Virus record (IMG/VR): IMGVR_UViG_3300029711_000171
Location: 1 to 5,861 of that record
Strand: one strand, 5' to 3'
DNA: 5,861 nt
Source: a virus
Lineage: Duplodnaviria > Heunggongvirae > Uroviricota > Caudoviricetes
Shown here one piece after another: positions 4,862 to 5,861 of the stretch. Positions within the stretch are counted from its first letter, which is position 1; each line of letters starts with the position of its first letter. A model generated the notes under the pieces. It was not told where the DNA came from and did not search any database. It saw nothing but the letters and a program-made list of their open reading frames with translations. The position numbers and the translations under genes were made by a program.

Positions 4862-5861
4862 ATGACGTGGAAAGACAGGCTTCAGGATGCGTCATTTCGA
4901 GGTGTGCCGTTTAAGGTTGAAGAAGAAAGTGCGGGAACCGGCCGTCGTGTGGAAACACACGAATATCCGAACCGCGACAAACCCTATACCGAAGATCTGG
5001 GAAAAGTCACTTTCCGCCCGTCCATCACGGCTTATGTGGTGGGAGATGACTGCTTTGACCAGCGCGATCGCCTGATTGACGCGCTGAATAAACCCGGTCC
5101 CGGCACGCTTGTCCACCCGACATACGGTGAGTTGAAAGTCTGTGTTGACGGGGAAGTTCGGGTCAGCACATCGAAGAGTGAAGGGCGTATTGTCCGCTTT
5201 GACCTGAAGTTTGTCGAAGCGGGAGATCTCTCTTACCCCACATCAGGCGTGGCGACGGCGCAGACGCTGATGTCATCCTGTTCTGCACTGGATGACTGCA
5301 TCAGTGACAGCTTCAGCGGTTTCAGTATCGATGGCGTGGCGGATTTTGTGCAGAACGACGTTATCGGTAATGCCAGCACAATGCTTGGGTATGTTTCTGA
5401 TGCGATGAAAGTGGTGGATTCTGCCGTATCGGATGCCGCCAGGCTGTTGCAGGGTGATATCTCGGTACTTCTGCCGCCGCCATCGTCAGGCAAAAATTTC
5501 GTTGAGCAGGTGCAGAAAATGTGGCGTACCGGNNNNNNNNNNNNNNNNNNNNNNNNNNNNNNNNNNNCTTTCCGGTGTCAGCCTCGGCAGCGATCTGCAA
5601 CCGCGCGGCGTCTGGAAAACGGACAGTAAAACCACCGCCACGGCGACGCAGCAGCGTAACGTGGTTGCCAGCACCCTTCGTACGACCGCAATCAGCGAAG
5701 CGGCGTATGCCGTCATCCGATTGCCTGCGCCAACAACTTCCGCGGTGATGCAGAATGCCACAGTGGGGCAGGCAACAACACCTGCGCAGAGCACCGGTTG
5801 GCCTTCCGTCACGCATCCGGCACTGAACAATGCACCGGCGGTGAAAAACACGGTTGACCTG
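4862..5861 (+). CDS. Mu gpN-like DNA circulation protein (tail/baseplate component); 3' end beyond the window; interrupted by the N-run
   Basis: ATG at 4862 with GGAG (4853..4856) upstream. N-terminus MTWKDRLQDASFRGVPFKVEEE matches, from memory, the conserved N-terminal motif of the Mu N / DNA circulation protein family. An open frame resumes after the N-run in a different frame and stays open to 5861. Follows the tape measure as in Mu-type tail operons. Confidence 0.75.
5533..5567. other. Run of 35 N (assembly or scaffold gap)
   Basis: Literal n characters in the sequence, inside the gpN-like gene. Confidence 0.99.

Larger units (their letters stand above)
345..5861. mobile_element. Mosaic prophage or prophage remnant: lambdoid-type immunity region fused directly to a Mu-like tail module; extends beyond the right end of the window
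   Basis: Gene content only: S24 repressor, Cro-like gene, frameshifting tail chaperone, tape measure and Mu gpN-like protein, with no replication, lysis, head, sheath or tube genes between cro and the tail genes. Boundaries are not defined; no att site or integrase is visible in the window. Confidence 0.6.

Noticed and set aside
4887-5851. Several ORFs overlapping the gpN-like gene (4887..5075 plus, 4892..5116 minus, 5233..5493 minus, 5361..5816 minus, 5486..5851 minus, 5521..5748 plus)
   Set aside because: Alternative or antisense frames of a GC-rich coding region. Some run through the N gap, which inflates their length. None has a start signal or recognisable motif.
1-5861. CRISPR arrays, rRNA or tRNA genes, IS elements or terminal inverted repeats
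   Set aside because: No regularly spaced direct repeats with unique spacers, no tRNA-like or rRNA-like conserved blocks, and no transposase-like ORF were seen. The only repeats are the short operator-like GTACA motifs and the intragenic tape-measure repeats.

Overview
This window reads as a mosaic prophage or prophage remnant with Enterobacteriaceae-like coding style; all calls rest on reading the sequence and ORF track by eye, with no database search run. The left half is a lambdoid-style immunity region: a minus-strand LexA/CI-type S24 repressor (1004..1678), an intrinsic terminator behind it, and a PL-like promoter carrying GGTACATT repeats that points into a two-gene leftward operon (a standalone ClpX-zinc-finger-like protein plus a 91-aa protein). 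A divergent Cro-like gene (1769..1978) is separated from the repressor by two GTAC-core palindromes. The right half is a Mu/SfV-type tail module that begins abruptly: a tail assembly chaperone with no in-frame start and a -1 frameshift site (T TTT TTC), a 610-aa tape measure protein, an AT-rich moron with its own promoter and terminator (176-aa membrane-anchored protein), and the start of a Mu gpN-like DNA circulation protein broken by a 35-N assembly gap. No rRNA, tRNA, CRISPR array or IS element was recognised. The two candidates most worth follow-up are the ClpX-zinc-finger-like operon and the moron inside the tail operon.
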